The notes under the pieces are model-generated. The model searched no databases. It was not told the origin of the DNA and saw only the letters and a list, made by a program, of their open reading frames with translations. A program made the translations under genes and the position numbers. DNA of 64,000 nucleotides from Octopus sinensis (lineage: Eukaryota), in the NCBI RefSeq assembly GCF_006345805.1, contig NC_043013.1, positions 46,748,001 to 46,812,000 on the forward strand. Direction: 5' to 3'. Positions 38,111 through 52,083 of this stretch are shown in pieces. Every line of letters starts with the position of its first letter. The stretch's first letter is position 1.

Positions 38111-39443
38111 GCTCCTTCACAGCACCCCTGGGAGTAAACATCAGCAACATTTATCTATCACCCAGTCTTTGAAGCGTTCACACACTAACACGAAAGTCAT
38201 TGATATACTCACACACACGCACACACACACACACACATACATACGCACACACACATACATACATACTTACATGTGCATATTCCATGACTCCGTCACATAC
38301 ATCCACACTATTTCCATTTCACTGCCCTCCGCTGACTCTTACCACAAACAGCAACACTATATGTTAAGCACGTGACTTACTTTCACTTTCATTACTCCCC
38401 TCCTTCCTCTCTCACATTGACATCTCACATTCAACCAATATCGATTATCTCCCCCTCCCGTATTTTTTAGGTCTTTTTTTTTTTCCAGTTCCAGTTCCAA
38501 CCAACGTTATGTATTTTGTTTATTTGACTGAAATCCCTGATTTAAAAGCTGAAACATCTGCTTTTTTAGGAAGAAAAAAATGTCGCTTATATTATTTATT
38601 TATTTGGTGTTAATGCCATCTGTTTAGCTAAACTGTTTCATTCTCTCTACCTAGATTTCTTTCTTTCCACTTTTTCCTCCTCATCTCTCGGCCTCTTTCT
38701 CTTTCTCTTGTTGCTTGCTTGCTGTGTCATTTACATCAACACATCTCTAATTTATATCATCATGCAAAATATAAGTAAAGTAAATTAATACACTTGTGTG
38801 TAGATTTGTTTATTTACATCAGCTCGCTTTCCGTTCTCTCGTCGCCTTCTCTCTCTCTCTGTTCCTGCCTTTATGTGTCTCTTTCCATACCTTTGTCTCG
38901 CTCGTTTTCTCATTCCACACCCTCTATATCTGTTTCTGTATCTCTCTGTCTCTCTCTTTGTCACCCCCAGTCTCTCTTCTAATGCCACGTTCTCTGTAGA
39001 TATACACCACATGTACGCTTATCGTCACCCTTACTATTCAACTTCTGAAATTTAGTCCAGCTTTTACAAAAGTTAAAATCGTTAATAGATTTCAAAAAAA
39101 AGTGCGTGTATAATGTAAATATGTACGTATCTCTTTCTGTCTGTCTGTCTGTCTCTTTCTCTTTCCTCATCTCTCTCTCTCTCTCGCTCTCTCTCGCTCT
39201 CTCTCTCTATATCCATATACATACAAATGCGTGTGTATTTTTATGTGCGTGTAGCAATCGCATCGATTACATATTATACTAGATGCGTTTGTATATATGC
39301 ATATGTATATGTATTTATGTGTGTATGACTATATGTATATATGTCTCTCTCCCTCTCTCTCTCTCTTCTATCTATCTATCTTAATCTATCTATCTATTTA
39401 TCTGTATATCTCGCAATTATCATTTCTCTCATCTACACACACG

Positions 39444-39494
<51 letters not shown>

Positions 39495-39816
39495 ACACAA
39501 CACACACACGCACGCACGCACAAACACAAACACACTCACCCAAGCTTTGCGTGAGCTACATAAAGTTTCATTCTTGAAAAAGTGTAGCATCCGGACTGGC
39601 TTTCATAGAGTATGATCGTTGGATCGTGTACGATACCTTAATACAAGATCGCCCGAGTACTACTCTGAGTACGAAACTTAAAGTAGCTCAAAAAAAAAAA
39701 ACCGCCTGTATTCATTACATGATCTTTCACTCACGCTAAAATGCTTTTCTACTTACCAACAAGCAGACTCTATACTATGTATGTATATTTATATATATAT
39801 AATTATAATAGGAGCA

Positions 39817-40284
39817 TAGAAAGAAATTTGGATGTTTTCGGTTTGAACGGCAGTTTTTTAAAATAATTTCCACGTAACTAAACACTTTTAAACTTCGTAT
39901 ACTGGTAGAATGTGTTTATAAAACATCTTTTCCTCTTGGCTTTATTGAGAAAATTCTATAGTTTGTAAGATATTTGGATTTTTTCCTTCAATTTCTGCAA
40001 TTTCAACAAATCACTGACGTCTATTGGGGTGAAAAACATTCTGTGCCGTATGAATATATCCCTCGTTTAAGAAACAGATTAGGTTTATTTACATTTCTGA
40101 AGAAAAAAAGATACCCTTCCCCCCACCCCTAACCCTAACCTTAACTAACCCTAACTAACCCTAACCCTAAAACAGATTGAAATGCAATAGATCGATGCTA
40201 GGGTCATAATTATGGGTGACAATTTCATATGACACCGCTAGAAAAACACTGCCGTTCAAACCGAAAAGATCCAGAAATTTTCCT
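39817..40284. mobile_element. MITE-like element with internal telomere-like (CCCTAA)n
   Basis: Perfect 20-bp inverted repeat TTTTCGGTTTGAACGGCAGT (39835-39854 / 40248-40267) that extends imperfectly; CCCTAA units at 40127-40170. Confidence 0.75.
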
Positions 40285-40667
40285 AGCCTATATGCTGAGA
40301 AATAACCACTAAATCGTCTTACCACTCAAGAATTTTATCCTCTTTTACTGTAATTTAAAAATTTCTATTCACTTCTATGGCGACCGAATACACATGTTAT
40401 TGAGACAAGCTAAAAAATTTGTTCGGAGGTATCTGGAGTAATTATATGTATTTATGGCTTTGCGTTTTGTTTTTACGTGGGTATGTCATTTATTTCCTGT
40501 GTATATTCTGTTGAAGAAGAAAAAGCCATTGGGCAAATCCAGAAATTAGCTAATCCAGGGCTATCTATTTTATTAATAATTTCCGTTGGCTTGTTGCTTC
40601 GAATTCGGCACGATTTAGCGTCTATTTCTCAGCACATGGCCTAGAAAGATTTCTTTCTATGCCCTTA

Positions 40668-41046
40668 TCTCTCTCTATATAAACGGCAGTTTGTCTGTGC
40701 GTGTTTCTGTGTGTCTGTTTTCTTGTACCCTCACTCTGACCACGGCTTTCAACCGATTCTGATGAAACTTGACACACACATAGCCCAATGTCATAATTCA
40801 AAACTAACGCAGCGAAAATTTTGAAAAGTTCCCCCAGTTCTGAAAAAAATCGATAAATTCGACATGGGGTCGAGAATCGAAACACAAACCGCAAACTGTC
40901 TAGGGGACGCAACTCCACCTTTTTTAACTAAAAAAATTTACCATCCTTTTTTTCCATCTTTTTGCTATTTTTTGGCTATAACTCTCTAAAAATGCTTTAT
41001 AGTTATTTCCCTTACAAACCTGAGCAACGCCGGGCGATACTGCTAG
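40668..41046 (+). mobile_element. Non-autonomous Helitron
   Basis: A|TC 5' end; 3' hairpin CCTGAGCAACGCCGGG then CTAG|T; no TSD. Confidence 0.8.
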
Positions 41047-41164
41047 TTATAATTATATATATATATATATATATTTTCACCTTAATTGGTCTTTTTTTCT
41101 ATATGCTGACCACCGATAAATTTTTTTATACACTTACACACACACATACATACATGCATACATT

Positions 41165-42025
41165 GAAAAAAAGACCATGCATGTGTATGTTGTCCGGAAG
41201 CTTGAAGAAGACAGTAAAATTGACACAAAGCACAGCTTTTCTTGGACACAAGACCACTACAGCACATCACATTTTGAGGGCTATGCATTTGCAATCCAAG
41301 AACAGGAGACTGTCACAAAATACCTGGTGAACAAGAGAGACAATGACGCTCTTGTAATCCCAAGGAGCACCGCATGTGTAGGCTATGTCATGTTTCTGTG
41401 GAAGACATCACGCATGTGATTAGTAGCTGTCCTAAAATGTCGTCACGGTACTACTTCTCTATGCGGCACGATGTTGTTGCTAAAACAATTTACAATGCCA
41501 TCCGCAAAGAAGACTTCCCTGAAATAAACCTAGAAAATCACTCTGTTATGGAATACATTCATGAACACCTACTCACGGAATACTGGTGGAATACTCCCAT
41601 CAAAATTTCTGTCAAATGTAAACATAACAGACCGGATATTGTTGTTTGGGACAGAGGGGCAAATCTACGTATCTCTTTGGAAATCAAAGCAAAAGAGGAA
41701 CTCTATGGACAACTGCTTCGAAACCCCCAGCTTCTATATCCAGACTATGAATTCATATTCATACCAATAATAATTGGAGCACTAGGTTTTGTTATTAAAT
41801 TCTTAAAGGAGAATCTGGATAAACTGGGGTTTTAAAAAAGGGAAATCGATCGGTGAATTCGTACATTTCAAATTCAATCTGTGAGTGGAACAGTAAAAAT
41901 ATGCAAGACTTTTTTCAAGTTCCAAATGTGAATTTGTCTGTGTTAACTACATCCCAAAGATGGAGCCTTGTATCTTTATTGGAAACCGGCTCCCTCGTCA
42001 GTGGAAGAGTTATAATAATTAAAAA
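41165..42025 (+). mobile_element. R4/Dong-clade non-LTR retrotransposon 3' portion (CCHC knuckle plus PD-(D/E)xK endonuclease)
   Basis: FEGYAFAIQEQE, CRLCHVSVEDITHVISSC, RHDVVAK, HNRPDIVVWD and FIPIIIGALG; frameshifted; flanked by (TACA)n. Confidence 0.88.
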
Positions 42026-42062
42026 ATAGAAGGGACATGCATATATACTTGCATACATACAT

Positions 42063-42094
<32 letters not shown>

Positions 42095-42097
<3 letters not shown>

Positions 42098-42260
42098 TTT
42101 TTCTATTTTCTCTCCCTGTTTATTTCTGTGTTCCTTTCTGTCGAAGAGCATAGGCTCGAAACGTAAAAGACTTTCTCACTTCCTGAGCATTAAACTAATA
42201 CATCTGTTTGTTGTTTACACACCCGTCTTCGTCTTTTATTTTGTTAACTCTCACTGTATA
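42095..42260 (+). mobile_element. Family G PLE-like repeat with minimal hammerhead-like motif (42134-42169)
   Basis: CTTT-CTGTCGA-A-GAGC ATAG GCTC-GAAA-CGT-A-AAAG. Confidence 0.6.
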
Positions 42261-43504
42261 TATATATATTCTGTATTATCAATAGTATGCTCTACTATAG
42301 AATATATTCATAAACTTTAGATATTTTGCGTATGTTAACAATTTGTCTTTGTATACTAATTATGAATAACGAGTCGTGCTAGATAGTTCAGTTAACAAAT
42401 TTATATGTATTATACTAAGTAGCTGCTAAGAATGCGTTATATATGCAAATCGGTGTATGTCCAGCTCTTAGTAACAGTGGGTTGTGATTTGAAAATTTTT
42501 TAAATAGATACATGATCGGTTTTGAAATCGCAACAGAGATTCGAAATTGTTTGGATAAGTCTTCATGTTTCCACGAAACTATTTCATATAAAACCGTGTT
42601 TAAATTTATAGATTACGTACAGTGCTGACCACAAATTATTGATTGTATAGCCCTAAATAAAAAAAAAACTAAACTAAAACAACGTAAGGAACAATCAAAA
42701 AGAAGCTACTAACTTACTAGTAATTTGTAAATACATATTTGAATACTTCTCTGCGCATTGTACTATGTGTCTGTCAAAACAATATGCTAATAAATATATA
42801 GATATATATATATACATCTAGAAGCCTTTATCAGCAGGCAAAAGGAAGATATTGGAAAAACTAATAACCAATTAAGCGTTTTATGCCAGTTAGTCTATCC
42901 AAGTTAGTACTTAGTAAGGCCTTTGATAACAGTGGCTATAAACACAAAATTGCCAACTGAGCAAAGTTGAGGAAGGGTAAAGAGTTGCCAAAGAAATCTT
43001 AACGGAAACTAAATTAATAAAGCTGACCCCTCTTTTTCTTTACATTGTGAGATGACATTAAAACGAAAGCAGTTGTCCAGTGTATTTAAATACTTTAATT
43101 AATTTACAAACGCAGCGCCGGTTTAAATCTATACATTTATTCTGCCGTGTGTCACAGCATGAAAAAACGAACACGATTGACGGGACAGAATTTTATTTAA
43201 TCTGTCAAGAATCATCATTTATGCAAATTGGTTTATGAAATGTACTTAAACCTTTAATAATAGTGGCTACGAACACAATACAGCTGCAGACATTTTTTCT
43301 GTCAACGGGGGGATCGTACAAACAAAGGTAACTGTTTACGACTCACCAGTATTTTTATTCAATATTAATTAATTTACACGTGCAAAGATCGATTAAAATC
43401 TAGAGTTTACTCTGTAGTATATCATTGTATTAAATAGGAAAACAGTAGTCCCGTCAGTAATTTACCGTAGAATTAAGTTGAAGTTCAGAGTAGTTGAATG
43501 TCTG

Positions 43505-44087
<583 letters not shown>

Positions 44088-44460
44088 TATGTGTGTGTGT
44101 GTTTGTGTGTGTGTTTGTGTGTGTGTGTGCATGCATGCATGCATGCTTATACACATATATGATATAATATATGCATATATTCATTAAAAACACACACATA
44201 CTCACATATATAATGCGACGGAACGTCATCAAATTAAAGGTTAAGACAAACTGATAGAACTTTGCATACTTTTCTATATACGTATAAAAAATATTTCAGT
44301 TGTCGAATGTTCGGCAGCAGCCAAAGAAGCAAAAGGAAACAATGTTTTTATTATATATAACCTGGTATTGTTATAAATAGGTTTTTAATGTTTCGCACAG
44401 ACCTAATTTATCGATCATTTTATGGGGAACTCGAAAATATTTTCGTTGAATTTATGTGTT

Positions 44461-44518
<58 letters not shown>

Positions 44519-44819
44519 TGTGTCTATGTGAGTGTGTGTCTAAGTGAGTACGAGGCTGCCTGATAGATTTTCTGTCTCTCTTCCTCCCTCCTCCCCTCCC
44601 TCTTTTTCCTTCTCCCTCTCTCCCTCTCCCTCTCGTCTTCCTCCCCCTCTTCCACCTCACCTCCCTCTCTTCCCCCTCCCTCTCCTATCTCTCTCTTTAT
44701 ATGTATGCAGGTAGATAAGTAGTTGTATAGATAGGTGGTTATATATATATACATATACATACATACATACATACACACACAGATATGTATATACCTATAT
44801 ATATATATATATATATATA

Positions 44820-44995
44820 TACACTTAGTTGAAATTTATAGAAAACAAAGACAAAGAAAGACAATTGTAGGAACAGCAAGCAAGTGTATTAGTTTGACGC
44901 TCAGGAAAAATGGAAAAGTCCTTTATGTTTCGAGCCTACGATCTTCGACAGAAAGGAATAAGAGGAAATAAATAGAGAGAGAAGGAAAAACAACG
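44820..44995 (-). mobile_element. Family G PLE-like repeat
   Basis: Reverse complement CTTTCTGTCGAAGATCGTAGGCTCGAAACATAAAG (44921-44955) followed by the shared downstream sequence. Confidence 0.55.
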
Positions 44996-45036
44996 TGTTG
45001 AGTTCAGTGGTCAAACATGGTGAGAGAGAAAGAGCT

Positions 45037-45074
<38 letters not shown>

Positions 45075-45479
45075 AGAGAGAGCATAGATAGATAAATAGA
45101 TACACACACATATATACACGGCTGTGAATACATAGTCCTATTTACGGCTGTATGCGTAACTGTTTTAATATATCTGAGTTTGTAAGTCTATAGTTTATGT
45201 GATGAGTTATGGAGTGTTTGTTAATTCTGTATAGGTTCAAATACCAAAATACTAGAGTCACAAATATATTGTAAAACGTCTCTAACACTTATTTAGAATC
45301 ACATGCTCTCTAACAAAACTACAAAGAGTATTCTGGCGTTCGGGTGTTGACAGTGGCATCATTGTATCTTACTGGCGTGTCGTAGTTTAGTGAAATCAAA
45401 GCTTTGATTTAGCCGAAAACATTTGTCTGGTTACACGTTTCAATAGTGTATACAAGCTCAACATGTCTGAATTAATTTT

Positions 45480-45760
45480 TGCGACAGCAAAACAAATCCT
45501 ACAAGGTTTATGAGAAAGCAGGAAGAAAACAAATTAAGTACGGTTATGTACTGAACAACTTTGTATGAATACAAAGATATCGTCTAAAGTAAAACAGTAT
45601 TTTTAAAAGCCAATAACAGTATTGGTTGATTATAAAATGGCATTTGACTCTGTCACATCGTCATGGCTGCCGGAAACACCGCATCTGGTGAAACACCTGA
45701 TACATTGTTAGCGTCATTGAAAACACAGCAATTGACTGTGATATTATAGACTTTCAGAAA
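45480..45760 (+). mobile_element. Degraded non-LTR reverse transcriptase fragment
   Basis: VDYKMAFDSVTSSWLPET resembles the RT motif (W)IDYKKAFDSVPHSW. Confidence 0.45.
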
Positions 45761-47324
45761 GAATATTCCATCGAGTCAATCTCACTGAGTTCATGTTTGT
45801 CCTGGCACTAACCCACTGTCATTTTTACTGCAACAGAAAAGCGTTCCAGTCTAATATGGAGGTTCTTTGTTGTTGATGTTGGAAATTGCCACTACGAATC
45901 AGTGTTAATAACATGTAAGAACCATGAAGTGTATTCAAAGTATAAAAAAAAAGAAAGAAAAAAATGAAGAAAGAACTACCGCAGAGAAAATGCGAATAAA
46001 AAATTGTTAAAGAAAAGGTTTGAAATAAGAAAACTTGACGAAATAAAAGAAATGAAAATAATCACACAAAAAATTTTCTACTTAAAAATGTGAAATATCA
46101 AAAACATAAACTAGAAGTTTACGAGGTACATGAGAAAAAAGTAGAAAAGAAAAACCTGACATCCAGACGTGTATTGTAGTTAGTTTAAAACTGTCACGAA
46201 CTGAGACTGTTTTCTAAATAATAAGAAATCTGTTCGTTATTTAAAAAAAATAAAATATTGTAAAATGGTCTGAAATTGTCTGTTTCCTTTTATATATTTA
46301 AAGTAGTTAACTTTTAAACAAATTCGTAAAATAATATTTTTTCTTTAACAAAATAATAAAAAAAATAATGTATATGAAATTGAGTTTTTTCACGGAGTTG
46401 TTTATTGCGTATAATGAAAATGCGAAATTTTGTTATGAAATATGTTTAATTTTAGGGTAATGTTGGGTAATTGGTCAACCGTGTCAGACTGAACAAGCAA
46501 GTAGCTTTTAATTTAATTTTTCTTCTCAGTTTATGAAGTGAGTCGTGAAACAAAACATTTAACCTCTGATATTTCTGGACTATAAATTAGTATTGCTTCT
46601 TTATCCTGGTTAGGTTGCTAAGTGTTATGTTGGAATAATACGTTAATCAATGAGATTTCTTAACACTGGTGTAGGATAAAACATTTGCAGGGCTGGCGTA
46701 TAGTCAGTCATTTTGATAGTTTTTGGACCGCAAACTCAAATCTTAACGAAACAAAACGGAACATCTGAAAACCTAATTTCGTGAAAAAACATTGAAATTG
46801 TTGAGAACATAGATGTTCTTAGCAATAGCTGTATTATTGTTTGGTAGTATGTAGGAATGAATACAATACTATATAAAAAAATTACAAGCGGAATTAATTT
46901 TAAGTTTTTGATATTTTATCAAGGATATTGAGAAAAGTGAATTATCATAGTCAAACATTACAAGTGGCCAAAACATTCTCGTTTTCATCAAGAAGGAGGA
47001 GAAATTTCTCTGATTTATTTTCATGAGTGTTCTCTAATTGATTAATTGGTTCAAGTGGATATTCATGTAAGATAGCACGAATATCTTTGGCTTCAAGAAA
47101 TGCACAAATGATGCTTTCATCAAGCCATAAGATTTTGAGATTGGACTTCATATATGATCAGCCATCATTTTACTTTTCTCTCTAAAAATTTCCGAAGTCT
47201 GTTCCGAATATTGCATAAGAGACATATTGTGTTTCGCCGAAGGCTATGCTAAAATAATCCACTTCAGTGAATCCAATGTTGATAACAAGCTTCTGAAGAA
47301 AGAAGTTGTACGCTTTTAAAATAA

Positions 47325-47723
47325 TCTCTTACTCTTTTACTTGTTTCAGTATTTTGACTGCGGCCATGCTGGAGCACCGCCTTTAGTCGAGCAAATCGAC
47401 CCCGAGACTTATTCTTTGTAAGCCCAGTACTTATTCTATCGGTCTCTTTTGCCGAACCGCTAAGTGACGGGGACGTAAACACACCAGCATCGGTTGTCAA
47501 GCAATGCTAGGGGGACAAACACAGACACACAAATACACACACACACACACATATATATAAATACATATATACGACAGGCTTCTTTCAGTTTCCGTCTACC
47601 AAATCCACTCACAAGGCATTGGTCGGCCCGGAGCTATAGCAGAAGACACTTGCCCAAGATGCCACGCAGCGGGACTGAACCCGGAACCATGTGGTTGGTT
47701 AGCAAGCTACTTACCACACAGCC
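47325..47723 (-). mobile_element. SINE family A, young copy
   Basis: Near-identical reverse complement of 5789-6200. Confidence 0.9.
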
Positions 47724-48118
47724 AAGAAACAACAAGGAAAATGATGTAATTATTTCACTGGAGAGTGATTCAAAATTTTGTAATTTACATCTAGTTTTTG
47801 TTGCGTATCTCCTGCTTTGCGTTTCTTGAATGATCAAAGGTGTTTCTCGCACTTCATTAATACACATAGTATCTAGGATTACATTATGAAATCTGTCTCT
47901 CTTGTAAGCACTTAGGAGATGGTAATTTGGCCCCTATTTCTTGGTGAGGTGATCCAACGACGAAGTAGAAGATTACACATTAGTTACGAAACAATTGCTC
48001 GTGTAAACTGCCGGTATTCGATCTGGAGAGGTTGTGTAAGGAAATATTGCATAATTAAGAATAGAGTTATCAAATTTGATAATTAAAGCAAGACCTGTAG
48101 AGCTGATCGGTGTACATA

Positions 48119-48511
48119 TCTTTAAATATAAAAGAGAAGTTGTGTGCTGTCTGTCTCCTACGATTTAGATTCCTAACTACTCTCACATTTTGCGGTGCAG
48201 TTTAACCAAAACCGGGTATCTTATAGTCGTGATTCATATCGAGCCCTTCTGGGTATTAGCGCGCGTCTACAATGAGTCTACGATTAAAAAATAATTACCA
48301 TCAATTTTTCCCGTTTTTAATGCATTTTTGGCATATATAAGGGAAGTAACTCTCTAAAAATGTATTATTAAATCTCAGAACGTAAAAAGCTACAGTAACA
48401 CCCCCCTTTGTGGTTAGCCATATTGAGATGGCTATTATACTTTACATCTCTAAAAATGCTTATATAGTTATTTCCCTTATAAACCCGAGCAACGCCGGGC
48501 AATACTGCTAG
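48119..48511 (+). mobile_element. Non-autonomous Helitron
   Basis: A|TC ... CCCGAGCAACGCCGGG hairpin then CTAG|T. Confidence 0.8.
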
Positions 48512-50574
48512 TTTCTTTATATATGGATTTTAATATTAGAGCTCAGGAGTTTTTTGGGGGAGTAGAAGGATTACTGCGTGGTGTTGATCAGTGTAGACAG
48601 GGAAAGCGCCAATATCCTTATTATCATTGTTGTCGTCAATATCATCTTGTTCATCTAACAAATCTTGAAAATCTGTCATACAACACGTTGTTCCATCATC
48701 TGGGCCCTAACTACATCAGCAGTCAATGTCTCAATGTCCTTAACTGTCAGTTGAATGAAGAAAGTGACCAATGAGAGACCTGCTTATGATTTGCCACTGC
48801 GTTCAACCAACTGCTTCGGAAGGACCGTAACGAAATGTAGATAATGTGGTTTAACCCCTGGCTAACTGTGATCGAGCAGGCGTGCAGTCAAGAGTAAAAG
48901 CTTTCCAGCAGTGACCATCCATCTCCCCCACTCTCCCGCCACTAAGAAAAATATATCTTCTTTAAGACAGGAGCATAAAATTTGGAGAATATTTAGTTGC
49001 TAATATTAGCAGGTCGCAAAGTCACATAAATGTCCTGAAAAATTGATGTAAAATTAAATTTAAGCGTAATATCATTATTGTTAAATATATAATGAGATGT
49101 TACCTAACAGTTTTATCTACATATACACACACCTACCCACACACCTTCCTATACCCCGATCTATTTATCTACATACATGCCTACTTACCAGCCTACATAT
49201 CTCTCATATCTGCATACCAACTTCATAGACAAACAGTAACTGGCCTTATATACCAACATTGTAGACCCCTAGGCATTGTTTACCATCTTCATTGACCTCT
49301 AGTAATTAGTTTTATATACAAGCTTTACAGACCTTCAGAGATAATCTAATAATGCGTGTGGTAACGAGGGCTGATGGCAGACTTTAGGCATATTTGTAAT
49401 AGTGAATAAAATTTAAGTATACAGCGCGAAATGAATTTTAATATACTTAAATAAATCTTGCGGTAGATAACTAGCGAGTTTAAATGTGGAAGACGTTAGG
49501 CGTTACATCTACTCACTTGTAGTCAGCCTGTTTATATGCGGGCGTTTGTTCTATTAAAATTTATATGTAAAAAAAATTGTTTATTAAATTTTTAAGTATG
49601 TGAAAAACAAAATAAGCTTTCGATGGCATTTTACCAAGAATATATGAAGAGGAAGTAGTCAGGCTTTTATAAGGCGGGGCACTTTAAGACAACATTCCAT
49701 CAGTCGCAACCTTGGAATTAGATTATACATTTTTGAGACATGACACAAAATAGTTTTGTTTACTTTTCATCCCATCATCACATTCCTACGGACGGGGAGC
49801 CCCAGCGCGCGGATAAGGATGAAGGGGAGAAGGTGTAGACAGAATATTATTTTGAAATACAACAGAAAAATCTTCATTAAAAGCTCCATTATCTTTGAGA
49901 ATCTTATAAGGAAATATTTACTACACATTTTATATAGGTTGTGTAGTTAATAATTTTCTCATTGACCTATATATCCAGAAGCTGATAGATATACACTGTT
50001 CGATTTTGAACATATCCTGCGTTTTAATCTAATCTTTCTTTCATACATACTCTTTATATCTAAAAGGTCCTGTTGGCTCGAAATGCTTAGACCATTACAG
50101 AGGATTACATTTGAAAGTTACGCTTCTGCAATCTAAGAGAAAGAGATAACAAAATGGCTACTGAATGACGGAGATATCGAAGTTCTTAAATCTCCAAATT
50201 TAATAGAATGTATCGATTAATTCACTTATCTGTTGAACAATTGCTCGTGGTCAGCAGCTGCCCCCAAAATGTTACCAAGGCACTTCTTACTTACCAGGTG
50301 CGACGTTAATATCAAAACAATATAGTGTTATCCTTGAGAAGGATTACCCAAGGATGATCTAACCTTAGCCTAAATTACATCCACGCTATTCCTATTATCT
50401 ACTGATTGTGAAATATCAGCATTTTAGGGAAACTTTGCGAGTTGCTTTTTGATCAGGTGTTCCAGTTGTAAGCATTGCTTTTTTGTTTTGTATATTACAG
50501 ACTAAATTTCTTTTTATTTTTTGCATATTAGAGACTGCATTTCTCGTATTTCAGTTGGTAATATGCGAGTTGAT

Positions 50575-50793
50575 TGTAAGATGGTGAGCTGGCAAGATCG
50601 TTAGCACGCCGGACGAAATGCTTAGTGGCATTTCGTACGTCTTTACGTTCTGTGTTCAAAATTCCGCCGAGGTCGACTTTGCCTTTCATCCTTTCAAAGT
50701 CGATAAAATGGGTACCAGTTGAGTACTGGGGGTCGATGCACTCGACTATCTCCCTCCCTGGTAATTGCTGGCCTCGTGCCAAAATCTGAAACC
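50575..50793 (+). mobile_element. SINE family B, Y-type tail
   Basis: AAGATGGTGAGCTGGC head, GGTCGACTTTGCCTTTCATCC core and gctggcctcgtgccaaaatctgaaacc tail. Confidence 0.85.
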
Positions 50794-51021
50794 TATTTCT
50801 TTATTACCCACAAGGGGCTAAACACAGAGGGAACAAACAAGGACAGACATAGGTATTAAGTCGATTACATCGACCCCAGTTCGTAACTGGTACTTAATTT
50901 ATCGACCCCGAAAGGATGAAAGGCAAAGTCGACCTCGGCGGAATTTGAACTCAAACGTAACGGCAGACGAAATACCGCTAAGCATTTCGCCCGGCGTGCT
51001 AACGTTTCTGCCAGCTAGCCG
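50794..51021 (-). mobile_element. SINE family B (B1) inserted into the tail of the previous copy, 15-16-bp TSD
   Basis: TSD (G)CCAAAATCTGAAACC at 50778-50793 and 51021-51036. Confidence 0.9.
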
Positions 51022-51071
51022 CCAAAATCTGAAACCGATATATGAGTTGATTGTCCTTTGTGTGTCTTTAG

Positions 51072-51280
51072 CAGAGAGTCCAGTCTGTTGCAAGGCATTG
51101 AGCGAGTCCCCAGCTCTGGGGCTAACTCCATTAATATCAGAGGCACTGAAAACAATGATGTGCACTCCGTTTCTCCTGACTAAACGATTAATAAAGCAGC
51201 AAAAACAACTTCAAAGCGATAATTGGAATAACAATAAAAGTAACAACAATAACTGCAACAACAACAGCTATCCTGCCTGA
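51072..51280 (+). CDS. Candidate terminal exon, frame unresolved (AESPVCCKALSESPALGLTPLISEALKTMMCTPF...NNNSYPA* or RESSLLQGIERVPSSGANSINIRG...SPD*)
   Basis: Strong acceptor tgtcctttgtgtgtctttag|; GC-richer non-repetitive island; AATAAA signals downstream; minus frames are also open. Confidence 0.35.
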
Positions 51281-51883
51281 TTCAGTTTGAGGAATGGTGG
51301 AAATAGAAGGAAGCAAAGCGGATTCTAGTAAAAGCTGAAATCAGTTTCTAGAGTGTATTCACAGACGACTTACCAAGAGCAGACTCACAGGTTCCTACCA
51401 TATTACAAATAGATGAAATAAAAATAAATAAATAAATAAAAAAATAAAGAAAATAAAAATGAAATTAAATGAAAAATATAGAAGTAAAGCAAATTAAAAT
51501 AAATTACAGCATGAACAACAACAACAATAAAATAAAAAAACAACATACCAAAAACCACAAAAAAAACTACTTTGATATAAAATTAAAAGGAACTACTAAA
51601 ATGTTACAATAAAGAGGCTTTTATTAATTTCAACTGCTTAATGCAGTAAAGGCAAAGGAGGAGGAGGAGGAGAAGGAGGAGGAGAAGGAGGAGGAGGTGG
51701 AAAGAAAATAATATAGAAATGGGTGTCAGCAAGGGTTAGGGTTAGATCTGACCATAAGTACGTGTATGGTCTACGTCTATGTGTCTATGTGTGTGTGTGT
51801 GTCTATGTGTGTGTGTGTGTGTGTGTCTATATATACATGCATACATGCATACGGACGCATGTATGTATATACATATATACATG

Positions 51884-51936
<53 letters not shown>

Positions 51937-52044
51937 GCTTAATTATACTCTATATTATATATTGAGTACATTTGTTCAGTGCTCGTTATGATCAACTTTT
52001 GCACGCATGCATTTATATACACACACGCATACATGCATGCATAC

Positions 52045-52083
<39 letters not shown>

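Noticed and set aside
40127-40170. Telomere or chromosome-fusion site
   Set aside because: Only a few degenerate units, and they lie inside a TIR element
50284-50300. U1 snRNA-like ACTTACC
   Set aside because: This is just the reverse complement of a splice donor; no U1 body follows
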